A stretch of 64,000 bases of DNA. It comes from an uncultured Myxococcales bacterium (GTDB lineage: Bacteria > Myxococcota_A > SURF-8 > CAYNVS01). The stretch is taken from positions 16,711 to 80,710 of the forward strand of contig CAYNVS010000003.1 in assembly GCA_964400725.1 (NCBI GenBank), in the 5' to 3' direction. Every line of letters starts with the position of its first letter. The first letter of the stretch is position 1. Both the position numbers and the translations under genes were made by a program. Shown here piece after piece: positions 49,680-58,847 of the stretch. Under the pieces are notes generated by a model. That model was not told where the DNA came from and ran no database searches. It saw only the letters and a program-made list of their open reading frames with translations.

Positions 49680-50093
49680 ATGTTTAATTTATGCGGTAAA
49701 AAAGGGTTCTCGATGATGGAAATGATGATTGTCGTAGTCATCGTAGCCATCCTCGCGACGGTGGGTCTGCCTGTGTACACCTATTACACTTGCAGAAGCA
49801 GGCAGTCGGTTGCGCATGCGGCTCTCAAAGGATTGCAGTTGTCCGAAGAGACTTTCAGAAGCCGAAACGGAGCCTATACGATTGACTTAATAAAGCTGGG
49901 AAACGTTCCTGCGGTTACCGCTAATCCGCCTTATCAAATCAAGGTAACAAACGCATCCGAAGTAGCTTTTACCGGCGTAGCGGAATGCAAAATTTCGGAC
50001 GGATGCGACATCGGCGGTCTCAACAGAGACGACGTATGGCAGATTGACCACCTCGGAAACCTGACAAACGTAAGCAACGCTTGCAGCGAATAA
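49680..50093 (+). CDS. Type IV pilin (prepilin-type N-terminal cleavage/methylation domain protein)
   Basis: Leader MFNLCGKKG, then mature N-terminus FSMMEMMIVVVIVAILA with Phe+1 and Glu+5. C-terminal Cys pair (CKISDGC ... NACSE). Confidence 0.7.
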   Translation: MFNLCGKKGFSMMEMMIVVVIVAILATVGLPVYTYYTCRSRQSVAHAALKGLQLSEETFRSRNGAYTIDLIKLGNVPAVTANPPYQIKVTNASEVAFTGVAECKISDGCDIGGLNRDDVWQIDHLGNLTNVSNACSE

Positions 50094-50132
50094 CGCCGAT
50101 ATATTTGTGCCAAATAAAGCGCCGCGTGAAAT

Positions 50133-50789
50133 ATGACGGATCTCAAAGCTAAATATATAGTAGTCGAAGGTCCTATCGGGGTCGGCAAGACTTCGATTTC
50201 GAGACTTTTGGCGCAAAAGCTGGACGCCCGGCTTATTTCGGAGGAAATCGACGGAAATCCGTTTTTAAAAGATTTTTATAAATCCGAAAGAAAAAACGCT
50301 TTTTCGACGCAATTGTTTTTTTTACTTTCGCGCTATAAACAGCAGCAGCAGTTGTTAAAAACCGACCTCTTTCAAAAGCATATAGTCGCGGATTACATCT
50401 TCCACAAAGATTTGATTTTCGCCGAGCTTAACTTGAACGAGGAAGAAAAGAAATTATATTACCAAATTTTCGCTCTCCTTAAAAAAGACGTTTTAAAGCC
50501 GAGCGTGGTCGTTTTTCTTTACGCGTCGGTGGACGAGCTTTATAGGCGAATTAAAAAAAGAAATCTTAAATTTGAAGAAAAGCTGTCAAAGGAATATCTC
50601 GGCGAAGTATATCAATCTTATCTAAACTTCTTTTACGACTACAAAGACAGCCCTTTGATTATGGTCAACGTTGACGGCATCGACCCTATAAACAACCTGA
50701 ACGACCGTCAGGAGCTGTTTAACGCCATTCTCAACGCGGAAGGCGGAAGAAGTTATTACAATCCTCCCAAGGGGCTGTTAAATATTTGA
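50133..50789 (+). CDS. Deoxynucleoside kinase (dAK/dGK/dCK family)
   Basis: P-loop VVEGPIGVGKTSISRLLAQKL, plus EEIDGNPFLKDFY and a dNK-family core. Noticeably lower GC than its neighbours. Confidence 0.75.
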   Translation: MTDLKAKYIVVEGPIGVGKTSISRLLAQKLDARLISEEIDGNPFLKDFYKSERKNAFSTQLFFLLSRYKQQQQLLKTDLFQKHIVADYIFHKDLIFAELNLNEEEKKLYYQIFALLKKDVLKPSVVVFLYASVDELYRRIKKRNLKFEEKLSKEYLGEVYQSYLNFFYDYKDSPLIMVNVDGIDPINNLNDRQELFNAILNAEGGRSYYNPPKGLLNI

Positions 50790-50866
50790 CCAAACGCCCC
50801 GAAATAAGTAATATCTCAACTCCGTTAGTTAAAGAGGAAATTCGTTCATTTCACAAGGAGAATTAA

Positions 50867-51628
50867 ATGGAGCTTTTCGAGTTAGCCAAACTTTTGCCGG
50901 AGCCGATGTGCAACGAAGTTTTTTCCTGCCTGAACCATCAGCAGAGACGCGCCCTTTCAGGCAAGTATATGCCGAAGAAAAAGTCGGCGTTTATTTCGCT
51001 TTCTTCGCGGGTCGTAGCGGATCCGGTTACGATTTTCGCCGCCATGAGCGAACGCCGCGAGAATCTACCGATAGAAGAAATTCTGCGCAACTGGCTTTTA
51101 AATAAAAAGCGAGAAATGCTGAAAGCCGCCCTCGATTTCGTTAAAATACCGCATTCCGAAGGCGTTACGTCCAACGATTTGGACGCGATTACCATGTCGC
51201 CCGCGGTCGAGTTCGTAAAGCTGGTTAAAAACCTAAAAGATGCGGGGTTTACTTTCGAGGAGCAGATAATTTACTATTGCGCAATTGGCGGGGAGAACTA
51301 CCTGCGCGTCAAGGAACTGCGCGAAGTCGTTAAATCGTGGGGCGGCGAAGGAAATCTGCCGCAGTACGACGAAAAAGAGATCGTTTCGATTGCGGACGAA
51401 CCTAAGGAAGAAACTATCGCAGTCGAAGACAAGTCAGAAGAGGCTCCGGCTCCCGCGGAGGAAAAAGCCGAGGAGCCTGCAGAGGAAAAAAAGAAGCCCG
51501 CTAAGAAAACTGCGAAAAAGGCAAAGGAAGAGAGCGAAGGCGATAAGCCCGAAGTCGCCGAAGAGGCCGAAAAGCCGAAGAAAAAGCCCGCCGGCAAAAA
51601 GGCCGCCAAGCCCAAGGCGGAAGAATAA
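50867..51628 (+). CDS. Hypothetical protein with a Lys/Ala/Pro/Glu-rich histone-H1-like C-terminal tail
   Basis: The tail reads ...EEKKKPAKKTAKKAKEESEGDKPEVAEEAEKPKKKPAGKKAAKPKAEE. The N-terminal ~180 aa form a globular domain with no recognised motif. Confidence 0.55.
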   Translation: MELFELAKLLPEPMCNEVFSCLNHQQRRALSGKYMPKKKSAFISLSSRVVADPVTIFAAMSERRENLPIEEILRNWLLNKKREMLKAALDFVKIPHSEGVTSNDLDAITMSPAVEFVKLVKNLKDAGFTFEEQIIYYCAIGGENYLRVKELREVVKSWGGEGNLPQYDEKEIVSIADEPKEETIAVEDKSEEAPAPAEEKAEEPAEEKKKPAKKTAKKAKEESEGDKPEVAEEAEKPKKKPAGKKAAKPKAEE

Positions 51629-51679
51629 TTCTTACATTATTAAACGCGCAAGGCGGACGAACAATCCGCCTTTTTTTAT

Positions 51680-52393
51680 TTACTTGGTTATTAACGGCTT
51701 GCACGTCTCTTCTGACTCGCACCAATCTTTTGCCTCTTTGCGGTTTGGGCATTTTTTTAAGTAAGCGGAGGCGTTTTGCGACGCCGTTTGCGTATCTTTT
51801 TTCAGAACGCTGGCGTACCATTTGCAATAAGCCAAAAAAGTCTCGCCCGCGCCTTTATTCCGCTCGTCGAATACAAGCGCGTAGCCTTTATCCAAGTCTC
51901 CGCCCAGCCCGCCGGGGGCGCGCATGAGCAGAATGCCGTGCAGCAGCCGCGCGCGCGCGTCGTCCTTGCCGAGTTTGTAGGCCGCCATGTTAAGTTTTTG
52001 ATACGTCGGCCCCATGCGCATCTGAACGAACATATTCGCTTCGTCGAGAACCGCGCCAAGAAGTATCGTCATAGCCAGCAAAGCGTTGAAGTCGGAACTG
52101 CAGTTGCCGTTGCGCCACGAGCCGCTCACCGCATCCCACGCTTTTGTCCGCTCCCCTTTGCGCGCAAGCTCCAAAGCCTTGGCGTACGCTTCCCCGAACC
52201 CCTCGCAGGCGATTTTATCGGGCGTTATATAATTAAGGTAATAATACGGCGAGCATTCGTCGAACGCGCCCGCAAGCGGATGAACGACGACGTTATTGCC
52301 GTCTAGGTCGCCGCCGGTTGTGCGGCAGCTCGCAAGCGCCGCCGTAAAAGCCGCGAGCAATAAAACTTTCAAAACGTAAAACGCCGTTTTCAT
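51680..52393 (-). CDS. Hypothetical lipoprotein
   Basis: Signal peptide with ALASC lipobox. 237 aa with several Cys. No identifiable domain. Confidence 0.5.
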   Translation of the reverse strand: MKTAFYVLKVLLLAAFTAALASCRTTGGDLDGNNVVVHPLAGAFDECSPYYYLNYITPDKIACEGFGEAYAKALELARKGERTKAWDAVSGSWRNGNCSSDFNALLAMTILLGAVLDEANMFVQMRMGPTYQKLNMAAYKLGKDDARARLLHGILLMRAPGGLGGDLDKGYALVFDERNKGAGETFLAYCKWYASVLKKDTQTASQNASAYLKKCPNRKEAKDWCESEETCKPLITK

Positions 52394-52589
52394 GTAAAAT
52401 CCTTTTTAATTTCGAAAAACATTCGTTAGCGAATTTATTAAAAAAAAACGCTCTTTGCAATACGCGATACAAATTTTTAATACATTTATGCGCCGCGTAA
52501 AACTTGCGTTATAAACAATTAGCGTTACAATTTTATAGAATATTTTTTACGTCTTTTGAGTTTGCAAACTTTTTGAAAGGTTTTATACG

Positions 52590-53216
52590 ATGAACATTTT
52601 AAGAATCGGCGTTTATTACGACGGCAATTACTTTTATTACGGCAGCAATTACTTCAAGTATCAGGCTCGCATGGGGCGCATAAACCTGCGCGGGCTGCAC
52701 AAACTCATTCGCAAATTCATCTCCGACAAAGAAATGACGGACATGCGAGCGGCGCAAATCGTCGAGTCGCTATATTACCGCGGGCGTTCGAGCGTGGATC
52801 AGGTGCGCGACTTGGAGGCCGAGCGCGGCTTCGATTTGGTGCTGATGAATGCCAACGTGGTGCCGCATTATTTCCCGGCGGACGACACGCCCGAAGGGCG
52901 CGAGAAGGGCGTAATTGCCAGTTACGCGCTGGACGTTTACGACGCGGCGGTGAACAATAAAATCGACGTGGCGGCGCTGATAACCGGCGACGGCGAGTAT
53001 CTGCCGCTGGTGCAGAAGTTGAACGCGCTGGGCGTCCGCACCCTCATAACGCACTTTCAATACGACAGCTACACGGGCGAGAACGGGCACAAGTTCAACG
53101 GCTCCTACCCCTCAAGCGCAATAATCGAAAACGCGTCGTTCCAGCTTAACTTAAACTGGGTAATAACCAGCGAGCGCTACGGCGACTTTATACAGGAACT
53201 GTTTGTGCAAAGCTAG
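52590..53216 (+). CDS. NYN (LabA-like) domain protein
   Basis: MNILRIGVYYDGNYFYY...IDVAALITGDGEYLPLVQKLNALGVRTLI matches the NYN/LabA pattern (GDGD, PLV). Confidence 0.6.
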   Translation: MNILRIGVYYDGNYFYYGSNYFKYQARMGRINLRGLHKLIRKFISDKEMTDMRAAQIVESLYYRGRSSVDQVRDLEAERGFDLVLMNANVVPHYFPADDTPEGREKGVIASYALDVYDAAVNNKIDVAALITGDGEYLPLVQKLNALGVRTLITHFQYDSYTGENGHKFNGSYPSSAIIENASFQLNLNWVITSERYGDFIQELFVQS

Positions 53217-53283
53217 GGGCAGACAAAAACGGCAAAAACAAAGAACCCTCTCGAAAGAGAGGGTTTTGTTTTGAAAATAATTC

Positions 53284-53928
53284 TTATTCGCATTTAGAAC
53301 TGTCCGCAAAATAATAGTGGTCTTGCGTTGTATGACGACAGCAATTTGAATTACAATCATAATTGCCTGTACATTCACAACTACAAATGTTATCCACGCA
53401 ATAGGTCTTATCGCTCCAATTGCCGTACAATGCGCATTCATTATTATCGCATTCGTAATGCTTATCACATGATTGTCCCGGCAGTTTGCAATATCTATCA
53501 TCATCACAAATACTATACGAATTGTCCGTAACTGGCCAACAACAACCGCTAACGCACTCGTTTCCCCATGTGCATTTACATTTGCAGGTACTTGTTTGTA
53601 CTCCCTGATCCTCCCAATAAGTGCATGCGGCTCCGTAATTCGGGCAGGCGTCATTATTGCAATCGGAATGTTTAGAACAAGAACAACCCGGGCCGCCATT
53701 GCATTCGCATGTCCCAAAAAAATGAATGCACGTAAATCCTATGTCGCACGTTGCGCATTGAACTCCACCTCTGCCGCAACTACTATCCGATGAACCTGTC
53801 ATGCAAACATTTCCTTTGCAACATCCGTCGCAATTGCTGCTGTCGCATTTTTTTTCTCCTTCACTTCCGCCGCACCCAATTAAAATTAATAAAAACGCTC
53901 CAATAATTAGAACACTAATTTTTCTCAT
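53284..53928 (-). CDS. Extremely Cys-rich small secreted lipoprotein, encoded in a low-GC islet
   Basis: Signal peptide ...LILIGC. About 45 Cys in 214 aa (CDSSNCDGCCKGNVC...CKCKCTWGNECVSGCC...). The DNA is roughly 40% GC against ~60% in the flanks. Confidence 0.55.
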   Translation of the reverse strand: MRKISVLIIGAFLLILIGCGGSEGEKKCDSSNCDGCCKGNVCMTGSSDSSCGRGGVQCATCDIGFTCIHFFGTCECNGGPGCSCSKHSDCNNDACPNYGAACTYWEDQGVQTSTCKCKCTWGNECVSGCCWPVTDNSYSICDDDRYCKLPGQSCDKHYECDNNECALYGNWSDKTYCVDNICSCECTGNYDCNSNCCRHTTQDHYYFADSSKCE

Positions 53929-54036
53929 TAATTGATTCCTTTCTAGTCCTTGTAAAAGTATCCATTAATTAACAAAGATTTAAAGTTGAAAATCTTTCCT
54001 AATTTCTAAAGAGTATATAGGAATAGAAAATAAAGG

Positions 54037-54309
54037 TCAAATGAAATTGGGAAAATAATTAATTTGGAAATTACAAAAATGTTTTTTGGCAAATGCGTGC
54101 CCGGAGCCAATTTTAAAATATTTTTCAAACTCCAGCGCCTTATGCTCGTCCTCAAACCAAACCGCCACAACGACTTTCCAAGGCTTATACTTGGACGTAT
54201 GCGCCGATTTTCCCTCGTTATGCTCGGCGAGACGTTTTTTAAGGTTATGCGTCATTCCTACATATTTTTTATCAGGAAAACTCTCGCTTTTTAACAGGTA
54301 AACATACAT
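54037..54309 (-). CDS. GIY-YIG nuclease family protein
   Basis: MYVYLLKSESFPDKKYVGMTHNLKKRLAEHN... matches the GIY..YVG...R...H motif. 90 aa. Adjacent to tRNA-Leu. Confidence 0.7.
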   Translation of the reverse strand: MYVYLLKSESFPDKKYVGMTHNLKKRLAEHNEGKSAHTSKYKPWKVVVAVWFEDEHKALEFEKYFKIGSGHAFAKKHFCNFQINYFPNFI

Positions 54310-54507
54310 ACCGGAGGTCCTTTAATTATGCTCTACTTCGCGTTATACCACTAATGATATTCAGCTGTAAATTCACAATACTCGCCCTACTTCGCCAAGG
54401 CTACGTAGGGCATACTTCGCCCATTCCAATAAGTTTTATATTGCCAAATATACCTTTTTTGCCATTAGTCGTCGGCCTGCCATACGAAGCCCGAAGGGCG
54501 AAGTATG

Positions 54508-54594
<87 letters not shown>

Positions 54595-54636
54595 GTTGCG
54601 CGAGAGTCTTTATTTAACACAAAACCGCCGCGTTAA

Positions 54637-55332
54637 TCAACTTGTTTTGCCGCCGCCCTTCATTTTTTTCTCGATTATGAACGGAGCCGCGGCCGCAAGC
54701 GCGAAAAATAACAGCGCCGCCGCCCCCGTCCAGCTCGCCAACCCCCGGAAATCCCCCGTGCGAAGTATTTTATACGCGCCGTCCCCTAAAAAGCACAGCG
54801 TAAACGCCACCGGGAACGAGCCGATAAACGTGCCGAGCGCAAAATGCGAAGCCCGCAGCCCCGACAGCGCGCAGAAATAGTTTACCAGCCAGTTCGGCAC
54901 GAACGCGAGCCGCATGTAAGTTACCGTCAGCGTGCCGTTGGCGTTTGCGCGCTCGTTGACGCGTTTTAATTTTCCCGCGTCGAATTTTTTAAATATTTTT
55001 TTGCCCAGCGCGCGCATCAGCCAAAACGCGGCGTTCGCCGATACGTTCATCGAGACGACGCAGATTAGCAGCCCCGCCCATTGCCCGAACAACGCTCCGC
55101 CCGCCAAGTTGAAAACCGAAGGCGGAATGAACAAAAAAATGCCGACGAAGTAAACTCCGAAAAAATAAAGCGGTCCGAGCGCCCCTTGCGCGTCCACAGC
55201 GCTCTTGAGGCCGTCCAGCGCGAATAATTCCCGCGCCTGCTGATGACGCGAAGCGGCGTAAAGCCCTATGAACGCAGCCGCTAGTGCGGCCGTCTTCAGC
55301 GCGGTTTTAAAAGTAGAAGCCGAAAGATTCAA
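54637..55332 (-). CDS. TVP38/TMEM64 (DedA-related, SNARE-associated) family membrane protein
   Basis: Multi-pass membrane protein with the family motif FIPPSVFNLAGGALFG. Confidence 0.65.
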   Translation of the reverse strand: MNLSASTFKTALKTAALAAAFIGLYAASRHQQARELFALDGLKSAVDAQGALGPLYFFGVYFVGIFLFIPPSVFNLAGGALFGQWAGLLICVVSMNVSANAAFWLMRALGKKIFKKFDAGKLKRVNERANANGTLTVTYMRLAFVPNWLVNYFCALSGLRASHFALGTFIGSFPVAFTLCFLGDGAYKILRTGDFRGLASWTGAAALLFFALAAAAPFIIEKKMKGGGKTS

Positions 55333-55346
55333 CGCGGCCTCCCTTA

Positions 55347-56030
55347 TTAAATTTCCAGCAAATCGCCGGAGTCGTAAGCGAAATCTTGATTATCCAGAGC
55401 GACCGCCGCGGCGAAGTCGGCGACCGCTTCCGGCGAAATTTTTGCCGCCATGCCGGGCGGCGCGTTGGCAATGGGCGGCACGCCGATTACGGCGATTTTT
55501 ACTTTCGAGTCGCGCCAATCATACGCCAGACTTTTAGCTAGAATAAGCAGCCCCGCCTTTGCCGCCGCGTAACCGGCGACTAGTTTGCGAGGCGCAAGCG
55601 AATCCGTCGTCGAGTCGGCAAAAAAAATAATTTTAGGCGACTCGGCCTTAGAAAGAAGCCGTTCCGCTTCGCATGCGAGCGCGAAGGGCGCCGCCGCGTT
55701 TAAGCGAAAAAGGCTTTCCAGCTCGTCTTGCGAGGTTTGGGATGTTTTGCGGGAAAGGAAAGTTCCGACCGCCAAAACGAGGCAGTCAAGCCTGCCGCTT
55801 TCTTTTTCGACGCGCTCAAGCGCCTTATTGCGGCAAAGCCGCGAGGCGACGTCAAAGCCGGAAATATGGCTGAAATTTGGATGCCGCGCAAGCGCGTCGC
55901 AAGGCAGATCGTTGAATGTGGAGCCGTACGTATGCGTCCCGGCGGCAAGCAGCCGCTCGCTTACGAGCCCGCCAATCAGTCCGGCGGAGCCCGCGACGAA
56001 CGCGGTTCGAGCTTTGGTTTTACTTGACAT
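55347..56030 (-). CDS. Short-chain dehydrogenase/reductase (SDR) family oxidoreductase
   Basis: N-terminal Rossmann loop AFVAGSAGLIGG, with a YxxxK-like catalytic region (YAAAKAGLLILAKSLA). Confidence 0.65.
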   Translation of the reverse strand: MSSKTKARTAFVAGSAGLIGGLVSERLLAAGTHTYGSTFNDLPCDALARHPNFSHISGFDVASRLCRNKALERVEKESGRLDCLVLAVGTFLSRKTSQTSQDELESLFRLNAAAPFALACEAERLLSKAESPKIIFFADSTTDSLAPRKLVAGYAAAKAGLLILAKSLAYDWRDSKVKIAVIGVPPIANAPPGMAAKISPEAVADFAAAVALDNQDFAYDSGDLLEI

Positions 56031-58646
56031 TCAGCGTGTACTGCCCGCTGGAAGAGGTAGAGTAAGTGTCAACGATGACGTAGTAGGTTCCGGCCTTAGT
56101 AACGGTAACGGTTAGCGTTTCGGCTTCTCCCATGAAGTTCGAGTCGGCGTTTTTGCAATAAGTTACCATCGAGTCCCTGCATGCGTCGGTCAAGTAAACG
56201 ACCAAGTCCGCGGTAACCGGCGCGGCTTTAATCGTAATTTTCTGCCCTGCGGTTAATGTAAGGGAGTAGATTTTTTCCGGACCGTAGGCGGACTTTGTGC
56301 AGTTTGCGCTGTCGCCCCAATAGCGCGGTTTGAGCCGATTACGTTCGTATCGTTATACGGCAGCGAAGTAATTTTAATCGGGTCGGAGCAGGTTCCGCCG
56401 TAAACCGTGTTGCAAATTTCGGGAGGCAGGCAGTACTGCGAGCCGTCGGAAATTGCAAGGCAGCACCAGTCGTCTTTGTAGGCCGTGCATCCGTAATCGC
56501 TGTAACACTGAATCGAGCAAAGACTGCTGCCGTCGTTAGTGTTCGACAAACACGCGTCGGTGGAGTTCGGGTCGCAGTCGTTTACGCCGTTAGGGCATGG
56601 GTCGCCCAGTTGTCCGGTTCCGCTTGCCGCCTCTTCTTCGGCTTCGATTGTTTCTTCCTTTTCAGCCTCGGTAAAGTCGCCGTCGGTTGACTGATGACAT
56701 ACATTATTAGCGCACGTATAACCCGGCATGCAAGGCGCGTCGTCGGAGGCGCAAGAGCCTCCGTCGATTCCTCGGCACCAGTATCCGTCGTCGCCGCCCT
56801 CGGCTTTCGACCATTGGGAGCATTCGGCGTTGGCCTCGCCGCATTTTTGCACCGCAAGCGTTCCGTTGTTGCACCAGTAAAGGTCGTTTCCCACGCATTC
56901 TCCGTCGAGCGTTATTCCTCCGCAGTTGCTCTCCGTTTCGGTCGGTTCTTCGTCCTTAACCTCTTCGTCCGCTTCCGCCTCTTCTTCTTTTTCTTCCGCC
57001 GCGAATTCCTCTTCGAGTTCTTCGGTTGCCGTATCGTCGCCGGTTTCTAATTCCGGAGCGGCTTCTTCTTCCTTTTCCGGTTCGTAGTCGGCTTCCCTCT
57101 CTTCGTCAATGTCGCCGTCGGGAGAGGAGGAGCACGAGCCGCTTATCGGAACGCAGTAACGAGTCCATCCGCCGTCGTCTTCAACGCATTTGGCTTGCGC
57201 CGGGCAGTCGGAGTCGTTTTCGCAGTAATTTGCGCATCCGCCCTTTACGCACGTAGAGTCTTCCGAGATGTCGCGCGCCATCGAGCAGTCGCTTGAATAA
57301 CGGCAGCTTTTGCAGTAATCGAACACGCACTTTTTAGTTATATACTCGCATGTTTCGCCCGGCGCGCAGTTGGCGTTGTTTTGGCATTGTCCGGGCGGCA
57401 GGACGCATCCGCAGGTCGCCGTATTGCAAACCATGTCGTAAAATTCGCAGAACCCTATGACGTTGCAGCAATTTTCCTGCTGTCTAAGTTCGCACTCGCC
57501 CGATGCGTAATTGCAATCGTAATCAAAAGGACAGCCGCTGTTTAAGCAGTGGTCGCTTGCGGCGTCGCATCCGCAGTCGGCCGGGTTGCATTTGTAACGC
57601 GCGTTGCAGTTTACTTTAGAGCAGTCGCACGCGGAATTGCACGAGTTGCTAATCGGCCAGCATTGATAGATAGAGTCGGAGATGCGCTTGCAGTAGGAGT
57701 TGGACAAATCGGCGCACGCAGAATTGGAACAGTCGCGGCCGCAGTATTTCGATCCGCTTGAATCGTTCATGCAAACGGCTCCGGCTATACAGTCGTAGTC
57801 GGTGGAGCACGGTTCGCAGTACCCTTGCGTTCCGCTGGTTACGGTTTTGCATTTGCCGTCCGAGCCGCATACTTGTCCGCTGGGGCAGCCGGTCTCGAAG
57901 CAGGTAGAGGCGCAGTAATTGCTTGTCGGGTAGCAAACGGTTCCGTAATCGACGTGGTTAAGGCAGATAAAGCGTCCGCTTCCGCAGTCGGCGACCGTGC
58001 GGCACGCGGTAAAACAGTATTTAGTTCCCGACGAATCGGCGAAACATTTATTTCCGTTTCCGCCGCAGTCGGCGTCGGAAACGCAGGGCTGGCATAGCTT
58101 CTCCGGGTTGTAAAGGCTCTCTTCTTCAAATTCGACGGGCGGGTCCGTTTCTATTTCCGAAGGAACTTCCTTTGAGCCCTCCGCCGCCTCGGTAACTTCA
58201 CGCTCCGCTTCAGGTTCTAAATCGCCGTCTTTTTCGCCGTCGGACTCTAAGCAGACTCCCTTGACGCATTCGCTTTTAAGCGGGCAGTCGTCGCTTGTTT
58301 TGCATTTTACGTACCAGCCCGTCTTGCAGTAGTTGTCTATGCAAGACAGTCCGAACGGGCAGTCTTCCTGCGTCGAGCATTCTATCGCCGCGCAGAAACC
58401 GGCGTTGCAGTACTGCTCGGAAGAGCATTCGTCGCTGGTTTGGCATGGCTGCAGATTTGACGCAACGCATTTATTTGCGATGCAGGATTTTCCAATCGGG
58501 CAGTCGTCGTCTATTTGGCATTGCGGCTTTTCAACTTGGTTCGATACGTTGCCGCTCGAAGAGCAGGAAAAGCCGGTTGCGCAGAATAATAGTATCGCCG
58601 CAACCGCGCTCAAAATGGGATAATATGATTTCATTTGCAGCCTCAT
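56020..58646 (-). CDS. Cys-rich secreted lipoprotein with an acidic linker and a C-terminal PPC (bacterial pre-peptidase C-terminal) domain. The PPC domain is out of frame, with an apparent 1-nt loss in a C/G homopolymer at 56315-56318.
   Basis: Signal peptide ...FCATGFSC. Many CxxC-rich modules. ORF 56253..58646 ends ...IGSNRAIGATAQ. The -1 frame continues as YWGDSANCTKSAYGPEKIYSLTLTAGQKITIKAAPVTADLVVYLTDACRD...GTYYVIVDTYSTSSSGQYTLNVK, a typical PPC domain that ends at 56020. Confidence 0.6.
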
Positions 58647-58847
58647 ATGTTAAACATTTTATAGATTACTACCGAAATGAGATTTTTTCAATATGTATTG
58701 AAGGTTACTCTCGATTTTATCGGGGCGCCGATTATCGCTTCATCCGACTTTAATTTTTTTGTCCGCGCTTACGGCGTTTGGGAAGCTGTTGCAAAATTTA
58801 AAAAAATTTAATATATTATAACAATCAAATTTATTACGGAGGCCGAT

